Source: a virus. From it: DNA of 64,000 nt. Below, in pieces: positions 35,301 to 45,026 of this stretch. The notes beneath the pieces are model-generated. The model had not been told where the DNA came from. It did no database searches and saw only the letters and a program-made list of their open reading frames with translations. Location of the stretch: the IMG/VR virus record IMGVR_UViG_3300029850_000008; one strand, given 5' to 3'. A program made the position numbers and the translations under genes. Positions within the stretch are counted from its first letter, which is position 1. Each line of letters starts with the position of its first letter.

Positions 35301-35536
35301 TGAATCCAATGCAGATGATTCAGATGATTAGAGGTTCCGGAAATCCTCAACAGATGATGATGAACATGATAAAACAAAATTCCAGTTCTAACCCAATGTT
35401 GAGTAATGCCATGAAAATGATGGAAAATGGAAACACTTCTGGAGTTGAGGACATGGTGAAAAATATATGTAAAGATAAAGGAATTGATCCAAACGATGTT
35501 ATGAAAGCAACTAAAAATATGTTTGGAATGAAATAA
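35297..35536 (+). CDS. M/N/Q-rich small protein
   Basis: MMNPMQMIQMIRGSGNPQQMMMNMIKQN; ATGA overlap with upstream gene. Confidence 0.6.
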   Translation: MMNPMQMIQMIRGSGNPQQMMMNMIKQNSSSNPMLSNAMKMMENGNTSGVEDMVKNICKDKGIDPNDVMKATKNMFGMK

Positions 35537-35613
35537 TCGCCTACAAGATTAAAAGAGCCGCGGACTTTTGATTTTTGTATATATTTATGAAAAATCAATA
35601 GGAGGTAAACACT

Positions 35614-36408
35614 ATGATGACTAGTGGATTATCAGCGAGTGATGTCGCTTTGTTAAGCGGCTCTAATAACCGTGCCAACGATGGATTCGGCTGGGGCGGT
35701 GACGGCGCTTGGTGGATCATCATCCTTTTCTTATTCGTTTTCTGCGGATGGGGAAATGGTGGCTGGGGTGGTTTTGGCGGCAATAATGGCGGTGGCTATG
35801 TTGCTACAGCAGCTACTCAGGCAGATATCCAGAGAGGATTTGATAACCAGGCAGTGATTAGTAAACTGGATGGAATTAATAACGGTCTGTGTGATGGTTT
35901 TTATGCCATGAATAATGGTATGCTTACTGGTTTTAACGGTATCAATACCAATATTATGCAAACTGGATTCGGAATTCAGCAGGCAATCAATGCTGACACG
36001 GTAGCCAATATGCAGAACACAAATGCAATTCAGTCTCAGCTTGCAAATTGTTGCTGCGAAACAAGAGAAGCTATCCAGGGAATTAATTACAACATGGCTA
36101 CCAACACTTGCGCATTGCAGAATACGATGAATAACAATACTCGTGATCTTCTGGAAAACCAGAACGCAAACGCAAGAGCAATCCTGGACTTTTTAACCAA
36201 CGATAAGCTTGCTACTTTACAAGCAGAGAACTCCGATCTGAAGAGAGCAGCTTCTCAAGATCGCCAGAGCGCACTTCTGACTACTGCAATGCAGGCTCAG
36301 ACACAGCAGTTAATCAATGCGATTAACCCGGCTCCGATTCCTGCTTTCCAGGTTCCGGCTCCATATGCTTATGCAGGTTGTAATGGATATGGAAATGGAT
36401 GCTGCTAG
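35614..36408 (+). CDS. Gly/Trp-rich membrane protein with N/Q-rich domain and Cys clusters
   Basis: GFGWGGDGAWWIIILFLFVFCGWGNGGWGGFGG, internal CCCE, C-terminal GCNGYGNGCC; SD AGGAGG. Confidence 0.6.
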   Translation: MMTSGLSASDVALLSGSNNRANDGFGWGGDGAWWIIILFLFVFCGWGNGGWGGFGGNNGGGYVATAATQADIQRGFDNQAVISKLDGINNGLCDGFYAMNNGMLTGFNGINTNIMQTGFGIQQAINADTVANMQNTNAIQSQLANCCCETREAIQGINYNMATNTCALQNTMNNNTRDLLENQNANARAILDFLTNDKLATLQAENSDLKRAASQDRQSALLTTAMQAQTQQLINAINPAPIPAFQVPAPYAYAGCNGYGNGCC

Positions 36409-36486
36409 GTAACTCGCCCTTAGAGGCTGATTGATTCTAAGAGGTGAGTTCCGGCTCACCTCTTATTTTGATTGAGAGGTAAGAAT

Positions 36487-36900
36487 ATGAGTTGTAGAAA
36501 TATTTGCAAATTATGCAATCGACTTGTCATCAGTACGGCAGTGACCTTTACTGGAGGCAATCTCGTAGTAACAATTCCTGCTGGAAGCTATAATAATGGA
36601 GAAAAGTATTGCATTGTTGTTGCACAGTCTATTCCAGATACAACTACAATTAATGCTCCAGTAGTTATCCAAATTGGAACTGGTGCTACTCTTTATCCAG
36701 TATCAAAGAAGAATTGCGCACAACTTACAGCAAGTGGATTAAGAACCAGGACAAAATATGCCATGAGAGTGCATACATCTGTTGATACCGCAACTTTTCG
36801 GTTACTTGGAGATGTTTGCTGTGTTCCAACCAATAATCTTAGAGCGGTAAATGGTGATGGAACGCAGGTTACAACGCAGACCGTGAAAGGGGGAAAATAG
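36487..36900 (+). CDS. beta-rich protein with Cys-rich termini
   Basis: ATG 36487; N-terminal CRNICKLCNRL and CCVP near the C-terminus. Confidence 0.6.
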   Translation: MSCRNICKLCNRLVISTAVTFTGGNLVVTIPAGSYNNGEKYCIVVAQSIPDTTTINAPVVIQIGTGATLYPVSKKNCAQLTASGLRTRTKYAMRVHTSVDTATFRLLGDVCCVPTNNLRAVNGDGTQVTTQTVKGGK

Positions 36901-36903
36901 TTT

Positions 36904-37464
36904 ATGCATAGATTCGCTAAAGAAATCGCTGAATGTGTAAAAAAAAATATTGAATCAAAAGGAATCGACAATATCACTCCAGAAGAAGTTTGTGTTTACG
37001 GACAGTGGGTTGACATTGCAAAGGATCTGGCAGACTTTGATAAAAATATGCGTGTCATCGAAGAGATGGACAGAGAAAATGAAAACGATTTTATGGATCG
37101 TCTAGGATATGACCGATACCGCTATGCAAATGGAAGATTCGCTCCAAAAGGCAGAGGAACAAGAATGGGATATCAGCCATATACATACATGCAGGATGAT
37201 GACTGGATGAAGGAATATCTTGGCCAGAAGAAATACGATGGAGAGAAATCGAGATATGGTGAGTCCTATGATCGATATGATGAAAGCAGAAGGCATTACC
37301 ATGATACAAAAGATGCTGATTCTAAGCGTAGAATGGATGATAGCATGAAGACCTATACCGATGATGTGATTCATAGCATCAAAGAAATGTGGTCAGACGC
37401 AGATTCCACATTACGCCAGACAATGAAAGCAGATTTGACAAAAATGATTCAACAGTTACAGTAA
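36904..37464 (+). CDS. D/R/Y-rich hypothetical protein
   Basis: Track ORF; DRYRYANGRFAPKGRG ... YDRYDESRRHYHD low complexity. Confidence 0.6.
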   Translation: MHRFAKEIAECVKKNIESKGIDNITPEEVCVYGQWVDIAKDLADFDKNMRVIEEMDRENENDFMDRLGYDRYRYANGRFAPKGRGTRMGYQPYTYMQDDDWMKEYLGQKKYDGEKSRYGESYDRYDESRRHYHDTKDADSKRRMDDSMKTYTDDVIHSIKEMWSDADSTLRQTMKADLTKMIQQLQ

Positions 37465-37470
37465 ATGGAA

Positions 37471-37510
37471 GGAACCTGTGCCGCATATATTTGCGGTATG
37501 GGTTCTTTTT
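37471..37510 (+). terminator. intrinsic terminator closing the low-complexity cassette
   Basis: Two-tier hairpin GGAACC..CCGC-loop-GCGG..GGTTC followed by TTTTT. Confidence 0.6.
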
Positions 37511-37530
37511 ATCAGTGATAGGTGACAAAT

Positions 37531-37914
37531 ATGAGAAGTGTAAGAATCAATGATCATATATGGAATATTTACTATGTATCAGAAGATAATCCGGTTTTGA
37601 TTGATCGCACAGGAACATGGACGTTGGCCGTTACCATACCAAAAAGGAAATCTATATATTTGTCAGACAATTTATTCAGAAATCAGTTAATTACTGTGCT
37701 GTTGCATGAAATGACTCATGCAACCTTATGGGAGTTTGGAATCATAAATGACATAAGGAAATATTGCTATCCAGAGAATGCAATAGACATGGAAGAACTG
37801 GTTTGCAATATTGTGGCAGACTATGCACAGTATATTTTTATGGAAGCATATAGGGTTTTAGGTGGTCAAGCTATATTTTATATGCCTATGGTATTGGAAA
37901 GGCTGGTGGCGTAA
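37531..37914 (+). CDS. HExxH metallopeptidase-like small protein
   Basis: LLHEMTHATLWEFG motif; ATG 37531. Confidence 0.5.
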   Translation: MRSVRINDHIWNIYYVSEDNPVLIDRTGTWTLAVTIPKRKSIYLSDNLFRNQLITVLLHEMTHATLWEFGIINDIRKYCYPENAIDMEELVCNIVADYAQYIFMEAYRVLGGQAIFYMPMVLERLVA

Positions 37915-37915
37915 A

Positions 37916-38332
37916 ATGAGAAGCAATATGAGACAAAGACAAGAAGTGTATTTCTGTAAAATATCAGAAAAAATAGAAGGAATTGATACTGTGAGAGAGT
38001 ATCAAAAGCCAGAATGCCTATGGGTTACTGTATCTTCAACCTCTGGAACACCAGAAGAACAGGCTGCCGGAATCGTACTTGATTATGACCGATACATCAC
38101 ACACTGGAAATCCAGATGGGATAACTTTGAACCAGAAGAAGGTATGCTTTTGTGGATTGATGAAGTCCCAGATATTGACGATGATGGAAACCTTATACTT
38201 GATGATGATGGAGAACCAACGATCCTACCGGATTATCGTCTGTTAAGAATCATTGATACTCAAAAAGGGACTGTAGCACGATATGGAATTGTAAAAACTG
38301 GTGGTGATTTTTATGGTGAAAAGAGTAATTAG
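37916..38332 (+). CDS. head-tail joining region protein
   Basis: ATG 37916 in track ORF 37862..38332; position only. Confidence 0.5.
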   Translation: MRSNMRQRQEVYFCKISEKIEGIDTVREYQKPECLWVTVSSTSGTPEEQAAGIVLDYDRYITHWKSRWDNFEPEEGMLLWIDEVPDIDDDGNLILDDDGEPTILPDYRLLRIIDTQKGTVARYGIVKTGGDFYGEKSN

Positions 38333-38831
38333 TGGGGTCTTATCGGCAACCAGCATTGAACAAATGAAAGATGAACTTTTGAGATATCAGAAAAGCCTTA
38401 AGAATAAAAACGAACTATTTGTCCGTAGACTGGCAGAAATTGGAATTCCGGTTATTGATCGAAACATTGCTTCTGCGAAAGGGGATTCAAAGAAGAGCCA
38501 CAACACGTATATAAAGATAAATTCGTTTGGAGAATATTCACAAGCAGTGCTGGTTTGTGAGGGAAAAGATTTGCTATTTATAGAATTTGGTGCTGGTATC
38601 CATTACAATGGAAACCCGGGAGGGAGCAATCATCCAAAAGGGGAAGAGATGGGCTATACAATAGGTTCTTATGGTAAAGGTCTTGGAAAGAATGACTACT
38701 GGGTATATTATACAGACGATGGAAGATTTTTAACATCTCATGGTACAGAAGCAACCATGCCTGTTTATAAAGCCGGACAAGAAATCATCAAAAGGATAAG
38801 AGAAATCGCAAAAGAGGTATTTGGAGGTTGA
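38313..38831 (+). CDS. head-tail joining protein (HK97 gp10-like?)
   Basis: ATG 38313; position and size; weak by-eye similarity. Confidence 0.45.
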   Translation: MVKRVISGVLSATSIEQMKDELLRYQKSLKNKNELFVRRLAEIGIPVIDRNIASAKGDSKKSHNTYIKINSFGEYSQAVLVCEGKDLLFIEFGAGIHYNGNPGGSNHPKGEEMGYTIGSYGKGLGKNDYWVYYTDDGRFLTSHGTEATMPVYKAGQEIIKRIREIAKEVFGG

Positions 38832-38835
38832 ATGT

Positions 38836-39231
38836 ATGATTACAGTTAGAAACCCAACGCTAGATGTGTTTGAAATATGGTCTGAGAAAATAAAGGCAAT
38901 TAAAAACGTTTCTTATTCTATGGAAATGAGCAAAATTCCAAGCTCTTTTCCATATGCAAGGCTTTTCCCTATTGGAAATCCGACTTATCGATCTGATTTG
39001 ACAGGAAACGAATGCGCCATAACACCATCTTATCAGATAGATCTATTTGCAAAAGGGAAATATGCGTTAAAAAATGTTTATGAGTTGGACGAAGTAAGCC
39101 ATAATGCAATGGTCGAAATGGGATTCCATCGAACGTATGGACCGGAGCCAATAGAAAACACAGATAATACGATTAAAAGGCTTGTAAGTCGCTATAGTAG
39201 GACATACTGCGGAGAAGATCTACGAATGTGA
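38836..39231 (+). CDS. tail completion-region protein
   Basis: SD GGAGG then ATG 38836; position only. Confidence 0.45.
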   Translation: MITVRNPTLDVFEIWSEKIKAIKNVSYSMEMSKIPSSFPYARLFPIGNPTYRSDLTGNECAITPSYQIDLFAKGKYALKNVYELDEVSHNAMVEMGFHRTYGPEPIENTDNTIKRLVSRYSRTYCGEDLRM

Positions 39232-39305
39232 GTTTTTAAAACAATAGTAACTGGTTTATAATAGTATAAGAGAAATGAGACATCTGGATTCCAGGTGTCT
39301 TTTTT
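39228..39305 (+). promoter_or_regulatory. late promoter-terminator cassette L3
   Basis: GTGAGTTTTTAAAAC 39228, TATAAT 39257, 10-bp hairpin 39278-39300 plus T5. Confidence 0.6.
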
Positions 39306-39329
39306 AATTTGTGGAAAGGAGAAAATGAT

Positions 39330-39590
39330 ATGGATTTTGGAATTGCGAGTGTGGCTGCGATTGTTGCAATCTGTTATTTTATCGGTCTTGGTGTGAAAGC
39401 ATCTGGCATTAATGATAAATGGATTACAGTGATTGTTGCAGTAACTGGTGGACTTCTTGGAATTGCCGGAATGTATGTCATGCCAGATTACCCGGCAAAT
39501 GATGTGATCAATGCCGTTGCGATTGGCATGGTATCTGGTGCATCCTCCACATGGATTGACCAAACCAAGAAACAGTTATCAAAAAAGTAA
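39330..39590 (+). CDS. holin-like membrane protein
   Basis: SD AAGGAG then ATG 39330; 86 aa, hydrophobic segments with a charged C-terminus. Confidence 0.5.
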   Translation: MDFGIASVAAIVAICYFIGLGVKASGINDKWITVIVAVTGGLLGIAGMYVMPDYPANDVINAVAIGMVSGASSTWIDQTKKQLSKK

Positions 39591-39667
39591 CAGAACAATA
39601 AAAAATTTTCCGGTCATTGAAATGATGATCGCTGACCACAAATAATTACGTGGTAGAAAGGAGAAAT

Positions 39668-40153
39668 ATGGCAATAGCTAATATTCCAGGCATTTCCACG
39701 TTAAAGATGAGATTAGGATATGCCGTTGAAACTACTCCTGGAGAAGCTCCTACTGCCTATACATGGCTTCAAAGAGCAAACTCCATTGGAGAAATTAGCC
39801 TGAGTACAGAAACGATTGATGCATCTGCGGTCGAAGACGAACAAACCAGATCCATTGCTGGTAGACAGGATACTGGCGGCGAATGGACGTTGTCATTTAA
39901 CCTTACGAATGAGACAGAGCCAGTATATAGCAAAATGTTGGAAGATGCTGCAACGGGTTTGGCGGCGAATAAGAGAACATGGTTCACTGTATGGTCTCCA
40001 TACATGACAAAAGCATTTTTCATTGTCGCACAGCCTGGTGGTAAGATTCCAATGCCATCCATTGATCAGAATGCTCTTCTGGTAGCAGAACTTTCTCTGG
40101 CTATTGATGAGTATAAGGGACTGATGACTGCGATTGAGCCAACAGCCGACTGA
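39668..40153 (+). CDS. major tail protein
   Basis: SD GAAAGGAG then ATG 39668; 161 aa directly upstream of the chaperone pair and tape measure. Confidence 0.65.
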   Translation: MAIANIPGISTLKMRLGYAVETTPGEAPTAYTWLQRANSIGEISLSTETIDASAVEDEQTRSIAGRQDTGGEWTLSFNLTNETEPVYSKMLEDAATGLAANKRTWFTVWSPYMTKAFFIVAQPGGKIPMPSIDQNALLVAELSLAIDEYKGLMTAIEPTAD

Positions 40154-40192
40154 TGATTTAATAGAACGGTTATTAATGGGAGGGGATAACTG

Positions 40193-40732
40193 ATGTATAA
40201 AGTTTTAAAAATTGGAGACAAAGATTATAAACTGGAGTATACAATCGAGGCATCTTTGTATGACGAGGGCATTGATACAACATTAAAGTTTATTAGTGCT
40301 GCCGGAATGCCAAAAGAAGAGGATCTGGAAAAGTATACTCCAGAACAACAGATCGAGATCCGAAAACAAGTGGTTGATAATATCATGAAATCCATGACAA
40401 ATCTTCCGAAAACAGCTATGGACTTATTTTACATGGGGCTTTTGGAACATCATGGATCTGGAAAATATGCAGACCATACCATTAAAAGTAAGGACGATGT
40501 AAAAGATCTTATCAGAGATTATTTTGAAGACCATACAGATGATGGGACTGGAACTTTTTATGATATTTTATCCATGTGTTTGGATCAAATGGCAGAAGAC
40601 GGTTTTTTCAAACGGACGGGGCTGGAGAAGATGATGAGCAACGCACAGAAAAAGGACGAATCGAGCGAACCAGTTCCGGTAAACAGAGAACAGAGACGGG
40701 CGAAGCAGAAGCAGAAACCCTCAAAGAACTAG
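40193..40732 (+). CDS. tail assembly chaperone (G-like)
   Basis: Position before tape measure; acidic; overlapping -1 frame ORF downstream. Confidence 0.7.
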   Translation: MYKVLKIGDKDYKLEYTIEASLYDEGIDTTLKFISAAGMPKEEDLEKYTPEQQIEIRKQVVDNIMKSMTNLPKTAMDLFYMGLLEHHGSGKYADHTIKSKDDVKDLIRDYFEDHTDDGTGTFYDILSMCLDQMAEDGFFKRTGLEKMMSNAQKKDESSEPVPVNREQRRAKQKQKPSKN

Positions 40733-41076
40733 CATTAAAGAAATTACTTCCAAAAGCGATTGATTGTGGAATACGGACAGAAGATTTTTACCATATGACA
40801 TTAAAATCGGTTCGTATGGAGATCGAAGGATTTTGGAACAGAAGAAAAAATGAATGGGAACTTGCTGAATATCAAGCGTGGGTTTCTGGTGCTTATAACT
40901 TAAGAGCCATTGCTTCGGCATTTTCCAGAAATGCAAAATATCCAGGTAATCCGATGCAGGAAGAATCCATTAATGTGGAAGAACTGACGGATGATGAACT
41001 TGCTGGAATCCAGGAACAATATCTTTTGAGCCTGGATCGCATGGCGAAAAGAGCCACTGGGCAGGCAGATGATTAA
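40193..41076 (+). CDS. tail assembly chaperone -1 frameshift product (GT-like)
   Basis: Track ORF 40576..41076 is in the -1 frame and has no SD of its own; slip at 40648-54 joins the frames. Confidence 0.55.
40648..40654 (+). promoter_or_regulatory. candidate -1 slippery heptamer G_AAA_AAG
   Basis: Zero-frame codons CAG AAA AAG; the -1 frame continues GGA CGA ... to 41076. Confidence 0.5.
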
Positions 41077-41098
41077 ACGTCTGCTTGCCCTATTTTTT
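41059..41098 (+). terminator. intrinsic terminator between chaperone and tape-measure genes
   Basis: 11-bp stem GGGCAGGCAGA/TCTGCTTGCCC followed by TATTTTTT. Confidence 0.65.
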
Positions 41099-41159
41099 AT
41101 TATATACGGTTATTTAAGCACGAAAATAACTGTTGACCTTTAAAAGATTGGAGGAAGAC

Positions 41160-44100
41160 ATGGCTGATAATACAATAGATTCTTTGGCGATAAAAATATC
41201 GAGTAATATGGGCAGTGCCGATAAATCTATAGGGCGATTGGCGGATTCCTTATCTAGGGTAGCAGAGTCGCTTGGCAAAATAAACCCATCTACGTTTTCC
41301 AACTTAGCTAGTGGAATCGGTGATTTGAAAGTTGCAATGGATGGAATGAATGCTACGGTAAAAACTGTTGATTATACTAGGGTTGCAAAAGGATTAAACT
41401 CTATCGCCACAGTAAATGTACAGGGAGTAACTGATGCGTCAAGGGCAATAAGGGATCTGGTTACAAATCTTAATCAGGTTGGTACAATTGCGTTTGATTC
41501 ACAGGGCATTTTGAATATTGCGAACTCTGTTGCGCAATTAGGAAGAGGCACAGTAACGCAAGCAGCAGACAATATTCCAAAATTGACTACGGAATTAAAA
41601 AATCTTATCGCTGGGCTTAATGGACTGAATTTTAATGGATTTGATCTTACTGGTCTCACGAATTTAACCACGGCAATATCGAAAATGGGAGGTGCGGCAG
41701 CCGGAAGAGCGGCAAGCGGAAATATAGAGAATCTTGGAAAAGCATTGAAAAATATGCTGACTACGCTTTCCACGGCACCAACGGTAAGCAATAACATCAT
41801 TCAGATGACAAATGCGCTTGCTGGATTGGCGGCGGCAGGTGGAAAGGCGGGTGTTGCGGCAAACAGCCTGGTTTCTGGATTCCGTTCACTCCCTGCGACT
41901 ACTTCAAAAGCAAAGAATAGTTTTGGCGGACTTGCATCAGCAATAAGCAAGTTCTATGCAACATATTGGATGATCATTCGTTCTATTGGTCTATTCAAAA
42001 AGGCTATTGATATTTCCAGTGACTTAACCGAGGTTCAAAACGTTGTCGATGTCACATTTGGTGACTTGGCAAACAAAGTTGATGAACTGGCAAGCCACTC
42101 CATCCAGGACTACGGAATGTCTGAACTGACTGTAAAGCAGGTATCCAGCCGTTTTCAAGCAATGGGAACTTCAATGGGATTTGCGCAGGATAAAATGGCT
42201 GATATGTCCATTGAATTGACCAAATTAACAGCAGACATGGCGTCATTTTACAATGAAAGCCAGGGAGATGTGGCTAAGAGATTACAGTCGATCTACACTG
42301 GTGAAACCGAACCACTCCGCCGTTACGGAATTGACCTTACAAATGCCACTTTGCAGGAATGGGCAAACAAAAAAGGAATTGATGCAAAAGTAAATTCCAT
42401 GACGCAGGCACAGAAGACCATGCTTCGGTATGCGTATGTCATGGAAAATACATCAGCAGCACAAGGGGATTTCGCCCGTACAAGCGGAAGTTGGGCGAAT
42501 CAACTTAGAATGCTTGTTCAGCAGTTTGAACAATTAGGATCAGTAGTTGGCGGTACTTTGGTTAATGCATTTAAGCCTTTAATCACTGTATTGAACAACG
42601 TAATGCAAAAGGTTATCTCCTTTGCAAAAACGGTAGCAAATGCACTTGGTGCTATTTTTGGATGGACAATTCAAATTGATTCTGGTGGCATGGCTAACGA
42701 TTTCGAAGCGGCAGGAACAGCGGCAGAAGACATGGCTGATGGAACCGGAGATGCTGCTAAAAATGCAAAGAAGCTGAGTAACTATATTGCTGCATGGCAT
42801 GAAGTCAATAATATGACTACAGATGATAGCAAGAAAAAAGGCTCTGGTTCTGGTGGTGGTGCTGGAGACTTAGGGGATTTATCTGGATACCAGGAAAATC
42901 TTGTAAAGACCGATGGTTTGCTTCAAAAGTATGAGAGCGAGATTGATACTCTCAGAAAACTTGGAAAATATATTGGTGATACTCTTTCTGATGCCATGGA
43001 AAGTATAAACTGGGATGCGGTTTATGAAAAAGCCAGAAATTTCGGAACGGGATTAGCAGATTTTCTTAATGGATTATTTGTTGACACCAGTCTGTTTTCG
43101 AGTCTTGGAAAAACCATCGCCGGATCTTTAAATACGGCATTACATGCACTGAATTCATTTGGAACCACATTTGACTGGACTGGATTTGGAAAATCTGTTG
43201 CTGATGGTATTAATAAATTCTTTTCCACGTTTGATTTTGGATTATTGGCTAATACACTAAACGCATGGGTTCATGGAATTTTCGATATGGTTAAATCAGC
43301 AGTGCTAAATATAGATTGGTCTAATATTTTATCTGGAATCGCTGATTTTTTTAATGAAATTGACATTGATACCTTGTTGGTAATAATAGGCGGAATTGCA
43401 CTTAAAAAAGGAACTGTAAAAAAACTTTTTGCATCTTCAATAATTAAATCAATAGGAACTGGAATTTCATTAAAAAATCTCCCTGTGAGTATTAGTTCGA
43501 TTTCATGGGGAACAATTTATCTTGGTGGAGCTGCTTTCGATGTAATTGGAACAGAAATCATAAACGGAGTAAACAGTTTTATAACAACATACTTTGGAGA
43601 AAGTGTTGCTAACGCAATGGGAGAAGCACTTCTTATATCCGTTACTACTGGAGCTGGATTGGTATTAGGTGGACCGATAGGATCGGCTATTGGTGCAGCC
43701 ATAGGCATTGCACTCGATACTTTTGTGGTAAAAGGCGAGTGGATAACGAAGTTCTGGAAAAAAATAGGAGATGACTTATTTAATTTTGATGTGACAAAAA
43801 GTCTTCTGGACTACTCTAAACAATGCTTTTCTACTGCATTTAGCACGGATTCGTTTGCTGAATTTGGTATTAATATAGTAGAAGGAATTGCTAATGGATT
43901 GGCATCTGCTCTTACTTTTTTAGTAGAACCAATATTCGATATGTTTGATATAGTCGTAAAAGGAATTTGTGATGTGTTTGGTATACATTCTCCATCAAAG
44001 GAAATGGAACCATATGGAGAATACATCTTACTCGGAATAGTACAAGGATTTTCTAATTCTATAGGAACATGGGTTCAAAAAATAGTCGATTGGAAAAATC

Positions 44101-44873
44101 AAACCACAGAAAAATTCAAATCAATTATTAATGATACTGTTATACCAAATGTCATGACATGGTTCTCTGCTATGCCAGGGAAAATATATGATTCCATTAT
44201 TAAAGTTAAAGATAAACTTGATGTATGGAAAACCAATATCAATTCATTCTTCGCAACAAATATTCCTCAGATTGTAAAGCGTGTGGTTGATTTGTTTGGT
44301 GATCTTCCAAAACAGATGGTCACTGTTGGAGAAAATATCATCAAGGGACTTTGGAATGGTATTAATAATATGGTCGGATGGATTGGAGACAAAATCAAGG
44401 GTTTCACATCTGGAATCGTAAACGGATTCAAGGAAGGATTTGACGAACATTCTCCATCAAAGATTGCTTTTCAGATTGGCGATTACTGGACGATTGGACT
44501 TGGTAATGGTATGTCTGATAAGTTTTCAGATATTTACAAGCAAGTCAACAATTTCACAGATAATATTGCAAAAACTCAGATTTCAATTCCAAAATTGGAT
44601 TTATCTGTGCCGGATACTGATTTCACACCTAAAATGAATTTTGATTCTGGAAAACTTTCCACCACAATGCATGATGAAATTGATGTAAAGATGGCTGAAT
44701 ATTCCTATCAGATGCGTCAGCTTCAACAGTCCATTGAAACCCAGAATCAGATTCTGGAAGAAATGAATGCAAAAGGCTTGGTATTTGATGATAATGCTAT
44801 GGTCAAAAAATATCAAACGGCAGCAACAAAGTTCCGTAGACAAACCGGAAGACAGTTAGGAATTGCATATTAA
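41160..44873 (+). CDS. tape measure protein
   Basis: 1237 aa from ATG 41160 (SD GGAGGA); Ala/Gly-rich helical repeats; canonical position. Confidence 0.9.
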   Translation: MADNTIDSLAIKISSNMGSADKSIGRLADSLSRVAESLGKINPSTFSNLASGIGDLKVAMDGMNATVKTVDYTRVAKGLNSIATVNVQGVTDASRAIRDLVTNLNQVGTIAFDSQGILNIANSVAQLGRGTVTQAADNIPKLTTELKNLIAGLNGLNFNGFDLTGLTNLTTAISKMGGAAAGRAASGNIENLGKALKNMLTTLSTAPTVSNNIIQMTNALAGLAAAGGKAGVAANSLVSGFRSLPATTSKAKNSFGGLASAISKFYATYWMIIRSIGLFKKAIDISSDLTEVQNVVDVTFGDLANKVDELASHSIQDYGMSELTVKQVSSRFQAMGTSMGFAQDKMADMSIELTKLTADMASFYNESQGDVAKRLQSIYTGETEPLRRYGIDLTNATLQEWANKKGIDAKVNSMTQAQKTMLRYAYVMENTSAAQGDFARTSGSWANQLRMLVQQFEQLGSVVGGTLVNAFKPLITVLNNVMQKVISFAKTVANALGAIFGWTIQIDSGGMANDFEAAGTAAEDMADGTGDAAKNAKKLSNYIAAWHEVNNMTTDDSKKKGSGSGGGAGDLGDLSGYQENLVKTDGLLQKYESEIDTLRKLGKYIGDTLSDAMESINWDAVYEKARNFGTGLADFLNGLFVDTSLFSSLGKTIAGSLNTALHALNSFGTTFDWTGFGKSVADGINKFFSTFDFGLLANTLNAWVHGIFDMVKSAVLNIDWSNILSGIADFFNEIDIDTLLVIIGGIALKKGTVKKLFASSIIKSIGTGISLKNLPVSISSISWGTIYLGGAAFDVIGTEIINGVNSFITTYFGESVANAMGEALLISVTTGAGLVLGGPIGSAIGAAIGIALDTFVVKGEWITKFWKKIGDDLFNFDVTKSLLDYSKQCFSTAFSTDSFAEFGINIVEGIANGLASALTFLVEPIFDMFDIVVKGICDVFGIHSPSKEMEPYGEYILLGIVQGFSNSIGTWVQKIVDWKNQTTEKFKSIINDTVIPNVMTWFSAMPGKIYDSIIKVKDKLDVWKTNINSFFATNIPQIVKRVVDLFGDLPKQMVTVGENIIKGLWNGINNMVGWIGDKIKGFTSGIVNGFKEGFDEHSPSKIAFQIGDYWTIGLGNGMSDKFSDIYKQVNNFTDNIAKTQISIPKLDLSVPDTDFTPKMNFDSGKLSTTMHDEIDVKMAEYSYQMRQLQQSIETQNQILEEMNAKGLVFDDNAMVKKYQTAATKFRRQTGRQLGIAY

Positions 44874-44890
44874 AAGTTTTGCAGAAAGAA

Positions 44891-44940
44891 AGGCAACAAA
44901 ACTGTTCTTAATAAGAGAGCGGCAATGTTGCCTTTTTCTT
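44891..44940 (+). terminator. terminator after the tape-measure gene
   Basis: 8-bp stem AGGCAACA/TGTTGCCT (27-nt loop) followed by a T-rich run. Confidence 0.5.
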
Positions 44941-44965
44941 TTTTTGGTGAAAACAGATAGTGCCA

Positions 44966-45011
44966 TTGACTTTTGTCATAACAAAACGTATAATTATGTC
45001 ATGACAAAACG
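44966..45011 (+). promoter_or_regulatory. consensus promoter with twin 15-bp direct repeats
   Basis: TTGACT 44966-71, 17-bp spacer, TATAAT 44989-94; TGTCATAACAAAACG 44974 and TGTCATGACAAAACG 44997. Confidence 0.6.
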
Positions 45012-45026
45012 AAAGGAATTAATACA

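Noticed and set aside
40576-41076. Independent 166-aa gene overlapping the tail chaperone
   Set aside because: It has no SD or plausible start of its own and is in the -1 frame relative to 40193..40732, with a G_AAA_AAG site. It is better explained as the frameshift extension.
3859-44843. Numerous 60-130-aa antisense ORFs inside long genes (for example 4347..4640, 8013..8336, 41474..41800 and 44601..44843)
   Set aside because: They lie wholly within well-supported genes on the opposite strand, lack SDs and have biased composition typical of shadow frames.
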